DNA of 64,000 bases, taken from a virus. The position numbers and the translations under genes are program-made. The notes beneath the pieces are model-generated. The model was not told the DNA's origin. It worked only from the letters and a program-made list of their open reading frames with translations, and ran no database searches. Positions 1-10,500 of this stretch are shown one piece after another (position 1 is the first letter of the stretch; every line of letters starts with the position of its first letter). The stretch lies in IMG/VR virus record IMGVR_UViG_3300042557_000330, positions 9,908-73,907 of that record; one strand, written 5' to 3'.

Positions 1-245
1 AGTAAATCTTCTTGCTCGGATAATTCAAAACCATCTTTAGAAACCCATCTTATATCGTTATGTCCAAAAAGGTTTATAACGTGATAGTTTTCTTCTGCTT
101 TTGAATCTTCTGGTTTTTTAGCCCATATAGCATCTATTAATGCTTTAACTTTTTTTAACTCGGTTGTTTTTACTTTAACTGAAAACTCGTTTGAGTTAAT
201 TTGTGTTTCCCCATAACCGAATATGTGAATTGTGAAATTTTCCAT
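1..245 (-). CDS. Hypothetical protein, runs off the window edge (MENFTIHIFGYGETQINSNEF...)
   Basis: ATG at 245-243, 4 nt after the fibre gene stop; frame stays open to position 1; not in the ORF track because it is truncated. Confidence 0.75.
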   Translation of the reverse strand, partial: MENFTIHIFGYGETQINSNEFSVKVKTTELKKVKALIDAIWAKKPEDSKAEENYHVINLFGHNDIRWVSKDGFELSEQEDL

Positions 246-249
246 AGTA

Positions 250-3200
250 TTAATTTATTTTTGTAGGTTGTAATATTTCTACGCCATTCCATCCTTTAAT
301 AGCATCTTTATCTTTTCTTGTTCCTATGATAAGAACATTATACTCTAAATCCTCGTTAGCAAATATAGTTGCTTTTGTTAAATCTGCATTTACTTCTCCA
401 TATCCAACACCAAATCCCTTTTTAGGCGTTACCCAAACTTGTATGTTTTCATTCAAGAATTTGAAATAATCTGGCAATTCAATTTCAGCAAAACCATCTA
501 CCACTTTAACAACATATCTATAAATATTATCTCCAGCAGTAGGCGATTCAACAAACGAGTGTTGTAAGTAATGCGTTTTGTTTTTTATAGGGTCTGGGTG
601 CTTAATTCTAAAAGTACCACTTGTTTTTGATAATGCTTCAACAAATGTTGTATTACTTGCCGATGCAGTAAGGAATGAACCTATAATGTGTGTGTTGCTA
701 TATCCACATATAGTATTATATCTACCACCCAAAATAGAACTAAATTGTGATGGATTGGATGAACTACAAATTAAGTTATTATTACCACCACCTATAAAAT
801 TATCTGTTGCTTTTCCGTTATTAGATTGGATTTTATTAAAATATCCTCCTACAATAGTATTATGAGCATTTTGTGTAACGCAAAATGATGGGTTTTGAAT
901 AATACAGTTATAACACCCACTTACGATTGTATTATGAATAGCACAATATGAACCACAAGGTTGAGCAGTGGATTGAATAATGTTACCGAAACCACTTCCT
1001 ATAAATGCAAATTGTTGGTTATCTATATTGTTATTTCTACCTCCTATAATTACTGCTCTTGTAGCAATACATCCACTAATCGAATTACCGCTACCTCCAC
1101 CAATAAAAGAATTTGCACTAGAATAAGAGCATATTAAGTTATTATTACCCCCAACTATTACAGTACCAGTTTGTGCATAATTAGTAATGCAGTTAGTTTG
1201 ACCAGTAAATATACCAGCACCACGACTATCTCCAGTGGCATTTATAATATTATTATTCCCACCACCAATTGTTGAATTACCAGCACTTGCAGTATTACAA
1301 TAACCACCACCAATTGTTGAATCTTCACCAGAAGCAGTATTAAAACGACCTCCACTAACTGTTGAAAAATCACCAGAAGCAGTATTAGATGAACCACCTC
1401 CAATTGTTGAGGGTTTATTAGCAGAAGCAGTATTATTTGCACCACCTCCAATAGTTGAAGTATCTCCAGAAGCAGTATTATATTTACCACCACCTATTGT
1501 TGAATATTGTCCAGTACCACAATTTAATAAACCACCACTAATTGTAGATAATCTACCAGCATCACAACAAGTAATTGCCCCTGTTAAAGCACCCGTATAT
1601 ATGTCTAATGTACCACCATAAGTATTATGTCCTATACCTCCACCTATTGTTACACCAAAAGAGCAACATTCGTTAGTAGGCGATTGGATTATGTTTCTAT
1701 TACCACCACCTATTGTAGAATGTCTTGCGTTTGTTATATTACAACAACCACCTAATACAGATGAATTAGTTGCTGATGCAGTATTACATAAACCACCACC
1801 AATTGTTGAACAACCACCCGTAGCACAATTCCTAAATCCACCACCAATAAAAGATAATCTACCAGCATCACAACAAGTAATTGCACCAGTCAATCTCCCA
1901 TTTGTTGTGTTAAATGTACCTCCACTTGAATTATGTCCTATACCACCACCGATTGTTACACCTAAAGAGCAACATTCGTTTGTTGGGGATTGAATTATAT
2001 TTCTATTACCACCGCCTATTGTAGAGTATTTTGCGTTTGTTTTATTACATTGTCCACCTAAAACTGATGAATTAACTGCTGATGCGGTATTACATTCTCC
2101 ACCTAAAACTGATGAATTAGTTGCGGATGCAGTATTATTTGTACCACCTCCAACTGTTGAAGATGAACCACTTGCAGTATTATATTGTCCACCACCAATA
2201 AATGAAAATCCACTGCTTGCAGTATTACAATAACCACCACCAATTGTTGAACGACCACCATAAGCAGTATTACCAACTCCACCAACAACTGATGAACTAT
2301 TACCACTTGCAGTATTACAAAAACCACCACCAATTGTTGCCCAATAATTTGAAGCAGTATTAAGATTACCACCACTAATTGTGGCAAACGCACTTGCACT
2401 ATTCATCACATTTGAATCACCACCACCAATTGTATTAAAACCAACGAAAGATGTAATTATGTTGCAACCACCACCGCTAATTGTATCTCCACCACTTTTA
2501 CTATAAGCATTATAAGAGTTAGTATTTATTGTATTACAATTACCACCCGAAATAACGTGTCCAAACTTTGGATAGTTATTATTATAATTTATTGACGGAA
2601 ATGTTCTATTACAAAAACCACCACCAATTGTTGATAAATAACCAGTTGCACAATTTCTAAATCCACCACTAATTGTAGATAATCTACCAGCATTACAACA
2701 AGTGATTGCACCCGTTAAAGAACCATCAGTTGTACTAAACGTACCCCCAGTAGTGTTGTGTCCTATACCTCCTCCTATTGTTGCACCAAAAGAACAACAT
2801 TCGTCTGTTGGAGATTGAATTATATTTCTATTACCACCGCCTATTGTAGAATATCTTGCGTTTGTTATATTACATTCTCCACCTAAAACTGATGATTTTG
2901 TACCACTTGCACAATTATTATAACCACCACCAATTGTTGAAATATAACCAGAAACACTATTATTATATCCCCCACCAATAAACGATTTATCACCACTTGC
3001 ACAATTAGTATAACCACCACCAATTGTTGCACCAACACCCGATGCAGTATTATCATTTCCACCACCAATTGTTGAAAGTGCATTAGATGCAGTATTACTA
3101 GTTCCACCACCAATTGTTGATAATGTAGCTGATGCAATATTACTACCACCACCACCTATACTTGAACAAGCACCAGATGAAGTATTACATAAACCACCAG

Positions 3201-6200
3201 CAATAGTAGAAAGGTTAGCACTTGAAGTATTACTAAATCCACCACTAATTGTTGAACGAACACCAGAAGCAGTATTGGATTGACCACCGCCAACACTTGA
3301 ATAACTATTGGAAGCAGTATTTGTTTTACCACCACCTACAAATGAATAATAACTAGATGAAGCATTGTTTTGACCACCGCCAATTGTCGCTCTAAAGCAA
3401 GAAGCAGTATTACATAAACCACCTCCTATTGTTGATTGAGTACCAGAAGCAGTATTATATCGACCTCCAGCAACTGTTGAATAAGCACCAGAAGAAGTAT
3501 TATTATAACCACCTCCAATTGTTGAATAAATCGCAGAAGAATCATTACTTAAACCACCACTAATTGTTGATGAATTACCAGAGGCACAATTTGATTGACC
3601 ACCACCAACACTTGAACGAGTACCAGAAGCAGTATTGCTTTTACCACCACTTACAACGGCATAAGTACAAGATGATGTGTTGCCACAACCACCACCAATA
3701 AATGAACATTGACCAGAAGCAGTGTTGCTTTTACCACCACTTATTGTTGAATAAACATTAGAAGCAGTATTAGTATCACCCCCACCAACTGTTGAACGAG
3801 TAGCACAAGCAATATTATTATTCCCTCCACTAATTGTAGAAAAACTAGCAGAAGCAGTATTGCATTTACCACCACCAACTGAAGAATAATAATTAGACGA
3901 TACATTATTTAAACCACCACCTATTGTTGAACGAATACCCGAAGCACAATTTGATTGACCACCACCAATTGTTGATAAAGTGCCAGAAGCATTATTTAAT
4001 TGACCTCCTCCAACAGAACTTAAATAGGAACTAACATTTGAAAGACCTCCAGAAATTGTTGCCCAATTCGAATTAGAATTATTGCTTTTACCTCCACCAA
4101 CAACTGAATAAATAGCAGAAGCTGTATTCCCATAACCACCACCAATAGTTGAATCATTACCCGATGCTAAATTATTTCTACCACCAGCAACAAGTGAACA
4201 AGTACCTCCAGATGTATTATTTTTACCACTTAAAGAACCACTATAATTACCAGTAGAAGCATTACCAACACCAGTTCTTACTGATGAAAATGTACCAGCA
4301 CCTAATATAATAACTGCACTAGAACCTACGTTTATCCCTGAGCTTCCTGATGAACCAGAACTTCCACTTGTACCATCAATTCCACTTGAACCAGACGTTC
4401 CTGTAGTACCTGATGAACCAGCTGTACCGCTTGAACCACTAGAGCCACTAGAACCACTTGTTCCTGTACTTCCTGAAGTACCAGAGGTTCCGCTAGAACC
4501 AGCAGTACCTGAGGTTCCGTTTGTACCATCTATTGCTGATGTGCCAGATGTGCCAGATGAACCAGCTGTTCCTGAGCTTCCGCTAGTTCCTGATGTACCA
4601 TCTGTTCCACTTGAACCTGAAGAACCAGATGATGCAGAAGATCCAGAACTCCCAGAAGTTCCTGAGCTACCAGAGCTACCACTTGTACCACTAGTTCCAC
4701 TTGTTCCTCCTGTACCATCAGTAGCAGATGTACCACTAGTTCCAGTTGTACCTGAACTTCCTGATGAACCACTTGTACCTGTTGAACCAGAGGTTCCAGA
4801 TGTTCCACTTGAACCAGAGGTGCCTGAAGTTCCTGTCGTTCCACTAGATCCACTTGTACCTGTGGTTCCACTAGTTCCAGTGGTTCCACTTGTACCATCT
4901 ATACCAGACGTACCTGATGTACCACTGGTTCCTGATGTACCATTAGTACCATCTCCTCCTGTAGCACCATCAAGGTTTACATTCCAAGATGTGAATGTGC
5001 CTGATCCTACGGTTCTAGTTGGAGCACCAAATACTAAAACGCCTGTACCAGGATTGTATGAAATAACTTCACACTCTTGGTAATTGTTAGCATCAAATGC
5101 TATTATGATAGACTGTGCAACAGTGTAAGCTAACCCTGTTCCAACAGTTATTGTTCCTGAATTTCCTAATGTAAATGATGTAGAAGATGTTGTAGCATAT
5201 CTATCTCCTTGTAATCCAGAAGTACCACTTGTTCCCGAAGTTCCACTTGTACCATCAGTACCAGAAGAGCCTGAGCTTCCACTTGATCCTGATGTTCCTG
5301 AACTACCACTAGTACCTGTTGTTCCTGATGTCCCAGATGTAGCAGATGTTCCACTAGTACCACCTGATCCATCAGTACCACTAGTACCACTAGTTGCTGA
5401 TGTACCTGAACTTCCTGCACTACCAGATGAACCAGAAGTTCCTGTAGTTCCACTTGTTCCACTAGTTCCGCTAGTTGCAGAACTTCCACTTGTTCCACTT
5501 GTGGCTGATGTACCAGATGTACCGTTTGATCCATCTATTCCACTTGTACCATCTATTCCAGATGTTCCTGATGTTCCAGAGCTACCACTAGTAGCTGAAG
5601 ATCCAGATGTACCAGAGGTACCTCCTGTTCCATCAGTTCCTGATGTGCCTGAAGATCCACTTGTTGCAGAGGTTCCAGAGGTTCCTGAACTACCACTTGT
5701 AGCACTTGTACCTGATGTTGCAGATGTTCCTGATGTACCAGTAGTACCTGAGGTAGCACTAGTTCCACTTGAACCAGATGTACTTCCTACACCAACACCT
5801 ATTTGTTTTGTAACAACAATAATAGAAGGTGCTGCAGGGTGAGCATAAGGAACAGTTTGTGCAGGGACAGCTGTTATCTGTACATGTTGAGATGTAGAAG
5901 CAAAGACAATTTCTAAATAATCATTAGCTTGTAGTTCTAATATAACAGATACAAATGGTAATTGTTTTCCATTGTTACTACCTAAAGATAATATACTATC
6001 TGTACGGATAATATCAGATCCATTCTTTCTTAAGAATATATCAACATCAGTAGCTGTTCCACCACTTGTCTTTTCTATTTGTAATGAATAACCTATTTCG
6101 TATATACCAGCATATGGATATCTAATCTGTTGACCAAAGTCTAAGATGATACCATTATCTATTTCTGTTGTATTGTATGTAATTACTGTAGGAGTGTTTG

Positions 6201-7110
6201 CTGCAATTACAGCTTGATTTGTACTATCTGAGAAACTTGCATACCAGTTAGCTATAGCAGCTCCTGAAGAACCATTTAGTCCACTAGACCCACTACTACC
6301 AGCAGTTCCACTAGTACCTGTAGTTCCTGAAGTACCTGCTGTACCACTACTACCAGATGTGCCAGAAGTTCCAGCTGTACCACTAGTCCCAGAAGTTCCA
6401 CTAGAACCACTAGATCCTGTTGTACCACTAGTACCAGTTGTTCCGCTTGTTCCAGCAGTTGCACTTGTCCCACTAGTTCCAGAAGATCCATCACCACCTG
6501 TTGCTCCATCTAGATTCACATCCCATATACAATAGTTCCCAGCACCAACTACTAATGTAGGAGCAGTGAAAGCTAAATCTCCTGTAAGAGGATTGTATGT
6601 TACAACAACAGATTCTTGATAATTAAATGCATTATATGCAATAACAATTGATTGACCAGGAGTGTATGACAATCCTGTATCAACAACAAGTGTTCCTGAG
6701 TTACCTAATGTAAAACAATCTGTAGAGACTGTTCTATATCTATCACCTTGCACTCCTGAAGTTCCAGCAGTTCCTGATGTAGCGGATGTACCACTAGTCC
6801 CTGTAGTACCAGATGTACCAGAGGTGCCACTAGTTCCAGCACTTCCAGAAGTACCTGTGGTACCAGAAGTTCCTGATGTGGCAGAAGTCCCACTAGTTCC
6901 TGTGGTACCTGACGTTCCACTGGTACCAGAAGTACCACTAGTTCCATCAGCACCAGCACCTGAACATAGTCTATCATTAATTTTCTTTAATGCAGATTCA
7001 AGGGTCTCATTAGTATTTATACCAGTACATATTAAGTTAGGTCCTTCGTAGAATACACAAGAAGCACTTAATAATATTGGGCAAGGATTAGCAGCACAGA
7101 TTACACTCAT
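250..7110 (-). CDS. Giant fibre/receptor-binding protein (2286 aa): Cys-rich N-terminal module, Gly-Thr-Ser triplet segments, duplicated beta domain, C1q/BclA-like domain, ~14-aa GGGxNxAS repeats, C-terminal intramolecular chaperone-like domain
   Basis: GTS/GSS triplets; STIGGGxxNTAS repeats resembling YadA-head/Hep_Hag adhesins; C-terminal SKTSGTFRIKHPDP...LQHSFVESP motif typical of fibre chaperone/autoproteolytic domains; lies at the end of the structural module. Confidence 0.75.
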   Translation of the reverse strand: MSVICAANPCPILLSASCVFYEGPNLICTGINTNETLESALKKINDRLCSGAGADGTSGTSGTSGTSGTTGTSGTSATSGTSGTTGTSGSAGTSGTSGTSGTTGTSGTSATSGTAGTSGVQGDRYRTVSTDCFTLGNSGTLVVDTGLSYTPGQSIVIAYNAFNYQESVVVTYNPLTGDLAFTAPTLVVGAGNYCIWDVNLDGATGGDGSSGTSGTSATAGTSGTTGTSGTTGSSGSSGTSGTSGTAGTSGTSGSSGTAGTSGTTGTSGTAGSSGSSGLNGSSGAAIANWYASFSDSTNQAVIAANTPTVITYNTTEIDNGIILDFGQQIRYPYAGIYEIGYSLQIEKTSGGTATDVDIFLRKNGSDIIRTDSILSLGSNNGKQLPFVSVILELQANDYLEIVFASTSQHVQITAVPAQTVPYAHPAAPSIIVVTKQIGVGVGSTSGSSGTSATSGTTGTSGTSATSGTSATSGSSGTSGTSATSGSSGTSGTDGTGGTSGTSGSSATSGSSGTSGTSGIDGTSGIDGSNGTSGTSATSGTSGSSATSGTSGTSGTTGTSGSSGSAGSSGTSATSGTSGTDGSGGTSGTSATSGTSGTTGTSGSSGTSGSSGSSGSSGTDGTSGTSGTSGTSGLQGDRYATTSSTSFTLGNSGTITVGTGLAYTVAQSIIIAFDANNYQECEVISYNPGTGVLVFGAPTRTVGSGTFTSWNVNLDGATGGDGTNGTSGTSGTSGTSGIDGTSGTTGTSGTTGTSGSSGTTGTSGTSGSSGTSGTSGSTGTSGSSGSSGTTGTSGTSATDGTGGTSGTSGTSGSSGSSGTSGSSGSSASSGSSGSSGTDGTSGTSGSSGTAGSSGTSGTSAIDGTNGTSGTAGSSGTSGTSGSTGTSGSSGSSGSSGTAGSSGTTGTSGSSGIDGTSGSSGSSGSSGINVGSSAVIILGAGTFSSVRTGVGNASTGNYSGSLSGKNNTSGGTCSLVAGGRNNLASGNDSTIGGGYGNTASAIYSVVGGGKSNNSNSNWATISGGLSNVSSYLSSVGGGQLNNASGTLSTIGGGQSNCASGIRSTIGGGLNNVSSNYYSSVGGGKCNTASASFSTISGGNNNIACATRSTVGGGDTNTASNVYSTISGGKSNTASGQCSFIGGGCGNTSSCTYAVVSGGKSNTASGTRSSVGGGQSNCASGNSSTISGGLSNDSSAIYSTIGGGYNNTSSGAYSTVAGGRYNTASGTQSTIGGGLCNTASCFRATIGGGQNNASSSYYSFVGGGKTNTASNSYSSVGGGQSNTASGVRSTISGGFSNTSSANLSTIAGGLCNTSSGACSSIGGGGSNIASATLSTIGGGTSNTASNALSTIGGGNDNTASGVGATIGGGYTNCASGDKSFIGGGYNNSVSGYISTIGGGYNNCASGTKSSVLGGECNITNARYSTIGGGNRNIIQSPTDECCSFGATIGGGIGHNTTGGTFSTTDGSLTGAITCCNAGRLSTISGGFRNCATGYLSTIGGGFCNRTFPSINYNNNYPKFGHVISGGNCNTINTNSYNAYSKSGGDTISGGGCNIITSFVGFNTIGGGDSNVMNSASAFATISGGNLNTASNYWATIGGGFCNTASGNSSSVVGGVGNTAYGGRSTIGGGYCNTASSGFSFIGGGQYNTASGSSSTVGGGTNNTASATNSSVLGGECNTASAVNSSVLGGQCNKTNAKYSTIGGGNRNIIQSPTNECCSLGVTIGGGIGHNSSGGTFNTTNGRLTGAITCCDAGRLSFIGGGFRNCATGGCSTIGGGLCNTASATNSSVLGGCCNITNARHSTIGGGNRNIIQSPTNECCSFGVTIGGGIGHNTYGGTLDIYTGALTGAITCCDAGRLSTISGGLLNCGTGQYSTIGGGKYNTASGDTSTIGGGANNTASANKPSTIGGGSSNTASGDFSTVSGGRFNTASGEDSTIGGGYCNTASAGNSTIGGGNNNIINATGDSRGAGIFTGQTNCITNYAQTGTVIVGGNNNLICSYSSANSFIGGGSGNSISGCIATRAVIIGGRNNNIDNQQFAFIGSGFGNIIQSTAQPCGSYCAIHNTIVSGCYNCIIQNPSFCVTQNAHNTIVGGYFNKIQSNNGKATDNFIGGGNNNLICSSSNPSQFSSILGGRYNTICGYSNTHIIGSFLTASASNTTFVEALSKTSGTFRIKHPDPIKNKTHYLQHSFVESPTAGDNIYRYVVKVVDGFAEIELPDYFKFLNENIQVWVTPKKGFGVGYGEVNADLTKATIFANEDLEYNVLIIGTRKDKDAIKGWNGVEILQPTKIN
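700..4300 (-). repeat. Tandem ~42-nt repeats encoding (S)TIGGG-x-x-N-T-A-S-G, with three copies of a longer Cys-rich unit
   Basis: Recurrent accaccaattgttga/gcagtatt; the unit NRNIIQSPTxECCSxGxTIGGGIGHN...LTGAITCCxAGRLS occurs at ~2640-2880, ~1815-2060 and ~1515-1750. Confidence 0.9.
4335..6950 (-). repeat. Four blocks of 9-nt-period Gly-Thr/Ser-Ser coding repeats (~6755-6950, 6265-6505, 5215-5785, 4335-4965)
   Basis: Plus strand shows degenerate gtaccacta/gttcctgaa/gttccactt units; translation gives (GTS)n/(GSS)n. Confidence 0.9.
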
Positions 7111-7122
7111 TGGATTGTATTA

Positions 7123-7515
7123 TTAGTGAACGATTTTTAAAAGATCTCCTGTACGGTAGACCTGACCAACGCTTAGTCCTGCAAATACAGCAGCTGCATT
7201 ATTTGCATATTGAGGTGCTCCTGTAGCAGGAACTGATAATACAAGACTCCAATCAGTGGCTCCTGTATTAATCCCTTTAGCAAAATACAACATAGACTTA
7301 GCTACATTTAAATAGGTTTGTCCTAAATATGTAGCAGGAATAGTTGGTGCTGTTGTACCTGTTTTAGGTACTAAGTTAGTATTGATTTTACCTAATATAG
7401 TTTGTAAATCTTCTAAAGGATTAACATTTATATTGGTTAAGTAGGGGCCATTGTATATGATGCATAAAGCATTTTCATATGTGGCGCATGTTGGGCAAAT
7501 TGCAGCTGTTCTCAT
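7123..7515 (-). CDS. Small fibre-associated structural protein (130 aa)
   Basis: Shares the CxxYxGPxL...LxKI N-terminal module with the adjacent fibre; C-terminal AAAVFAGLSVGQVYRTG resembles short fibre-knob segments. Confidence 0.6.
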   Translation of the reverse strand: MRTAAICPTCATYENALCIIYNGPYLTNINVNPLEDLQTILGKINTNLVPKTGTTAPTIPATYLGQTYLNVAKSMLYFAKGINTGATDWSLVLSVPATGAPQYANNAAAVFAGLSVGQVYRTGDLLKIVH

Positions 7516-7520
7516 ATATG

Positions 7521-7528
7521 CAAATTTA
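7521..7528 (-). promoter_or_regulatory. Bacteroidota sigma-A -7 element (TAAATTTG) just upstream of the 7515 start
   Basis: Matches TAnnTTTG in an intergenic gap. Confidence 0.55.
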
Positions 7529-7585
7529 TATATTAATTATGTATTATAAAAGCGTTGATAGTAAATATCTGATATAATATAGCGT

Positions 7586-10500
7586 TTATCTTATACCGTA
7601 ATTGGATTGAACTTTTATACCAAGGTCTTTGGCAAGTTCTGGATAGAACATTGGAAGATATCCTACCATCTGATTTGAAAAAGGAAATGTCTTCAACAAG
7701 TATTTAATTACATATGTTTTATCAGCAAGTTCTTCATCTCCTGTACCTAATGCCCACATCTCTTTACGGAAGTTACCAACTAGTTTAGCAAAATTAGTTA
7801 TAAGTGATGCAGATGGGAAAAACCCTTGTGATATAAGATCAATACCACTAGTAGGATCATAGAAATACATAAGCTCTCCTTTGAACTTATCTGCAGCTTT
7901 CATATAGAATTTATATTGATTTTTAACTAATGCACTCTCATCATCATCTGGCTCATTAGCTTTTAGTGCAGCAATTAATACAAATACTGTTGCTAAGAAT
8001 ACAACATCTACTAATTGAGATTTAATATTTTGTCTAGCAAGATCTATGAATTCAGCCTCAGTCATTTCAAGTGTTTTACCTGTATCAGCTTCGTATTCAT
8101 TTTTCTTTTTTTCAAACATCCTAACTAAATATTCAACTCCTTTTTCATTACCTGTCAAAGAATTGTACAACTTACCTAGTCCTGAAACAGGATTTGTAAT
8201 ACTAAATTCATCTGTTAACACTTTAAATACCATTCTTGTTCTTCCCCATTCATATGCATCAGACGCAGAATTATATTTTAAGTTACCCATACGTACATCA
8301 ACAAGTCTAGGAATCCAGTTTTTGAATACCATGAATGATTTTCCATATACACTCATGTTAATCATTCTAACATCATCTTCAGATAAGTTACCTAATGCAT
8401 CTTTAGATACTTGTTGAACTTTTCTTCTAAGTTCTACAACAGAATCAGATTTTTGATCTACTCCAGGGATTACAAATTTACCATCAATAACCTCACCAAC
8501 TTTTAACACTCCTTTTTCTTCTACAAGTCTTTTCACTTCTTGATCAAACCTATCTTCATATGCTTTTCTATCTGCTACAGATCCTTTGTATTTCTCTTGA
8601 TATTCAGGGAGAGTTCTTAGATATTCTCTAGCATTAACCACTTTACCATCTTGTACAATTGAGTTTTTAAGGAATGCATAGAAGTTAGATGTTTGCACAT
8701 TTAAATCTGTTTGTCTCATCAAGATCATTAAGAAATCTTGTATACTCTCTTGTGTTAATCCATTCAATGAAAGTTTTTTAGCTATCTCTCTATTATAATT
8801 ATCTGTTAATGGTAAGAAGTACTCTAAGGCACCAATCATTTTCTTTTGATCTGTACCACCAAACTTATTCATAAATATCATCATCTCTGCAGCTAAGTAA
8901 TCTTTCTTAGTAAAATACTTACCTGAGTTGATTAATGATTGAGCATTACCACCAAAGAAGTTGGAAGATGCAGATAATAAATTAAGTCCTAATGTTGTTA
9001 TTTGAAAAGTGTTATTTAACTGGTTGATAAATTTATTTACACTTAACTGTCTATCAGACAATCCTTCTGGAAATACATTTACACCAAGTTTTTTATTTAA
9101 TGTTTCTCCCCAGTTTCCTAGTTTAAATAAAAGTTGATCAAACATCTGACTATCTACAAACTTCTGTCCATAGATAATTGCTTTCATCATATCTTCTACA
9201 AGTTGAGAATTATCTCCTTTGGTTTCTGAATATTGTAACACTCCATCTTTGTAAACTGTTTTACCAAACATAGAAGTGGATATAGATTTTTTATTTTTCT
9301 CAACAGCAACAACAGCATTCACTTGATCTTCTATCTCACTTAAATATTTATATCTAATAGCTGCTTCATTATACATTGCCATAGTTCTAAATAAATCAGT
9401 AGATGTTTCTTGTTCTAAAGGTCTAGTGAAATATTTAGGTATCTTGTTAACCACTTTTCCTGTATCAGGATCTACTTCTCCGTATCCTATATCACCTTCA
9501 TCTACAGATATATCAGTAAAGAACTGTTGACCTAATTTAATTTGACCTCCTGTAACAAGTTTCTCTACTAGATTCTTTCTTACAAATGGAAGAAATGTTC
9601 TAGCAAATTGTTTGCTAATATAACCAAGATCTGCATACTCATTGTTCTTTCTAATAATATAATCGTAGAAATCTTTAGCAGGAGCATTCTCTGGTTTATT
9701 TAACTCTTTCCATTCTTGAGAAGTCCATTTATCTTTCTTAGGAAACTTCTTCACCTCATCATAAATAAACCAACCTGCAGATGTAGTGGTGCTAGTATTA
9801 TATAAGTTTCTAGCTCTATATATTTCTACCATCACTTCATTAGGAAGTTTACCATTAGATAATGCTTCTGCTTCTTCAGAAGTTAATAGTCTTGGTTTAT
9901 TTTTAATTCTTTCTATCTCCTCTTCAAGTTTTTCTTTTAAATGTTCATTGTATGCAGCAACATCAATGTTCTCTCTAATCCAAGAACTGTCTCTATCATC
10001 AGGAGCATTCTTTAACTCTTCTTTAATTTTAGCTTTTACATCAGTGTAAAACTCTGGATTGTACTCATCTATAAGTTCATTAGAATCTTTCTTCTTAATA
10101 ATATCAAAGTAGTTTTTATAAGATAATCCTTTTCTCTTAGCCCATGCTTCAAATTTATCTTTTAATTCGTCAAGAGTTTTACTTTCAGCTAATGTATCCA
10201 TACCAGAATAAGCAAACGCTCTGTTGGCTTTTTTATACAAGAACTGAACAGCTTTGCTTTGTAATGTAGCTGTAGAAGAAAACAATTTACTAAGTCCTTT
10301 AATTACCTTCTCGGGAGCTAAGAAATTATCTATATCTTCTCTCTTAGCAATTATATTCTCTGTGAATTCTTCTAAGATTGTTTCTAGTTCATTCTCTAAG
10401 TCTTTAGCATTCTCAGAAGTTCTTCTTAATTCTTTTTTAAGTTTCTCATCCTCTTCACTTTCTGTCAATAATCCTTTTAGTTCAGAATAAAGATCTGTAT

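Noticed and set aside
700-6950. Possible CRISPR array or DGR template/variable repeats
   Set aside because: Repeats are degenerate, in-frame coding repeats without a spacer structure; differences are not adenine-specific and there is no reverse transcriptase in the window
4541-7051. Plus-strand VPEVPDVP-repeat ORFs and alternate-frame VVLQ-rich minus-strand ORFs
   Set aside because: Shadow frames of the GTS repeat; no independent start signals
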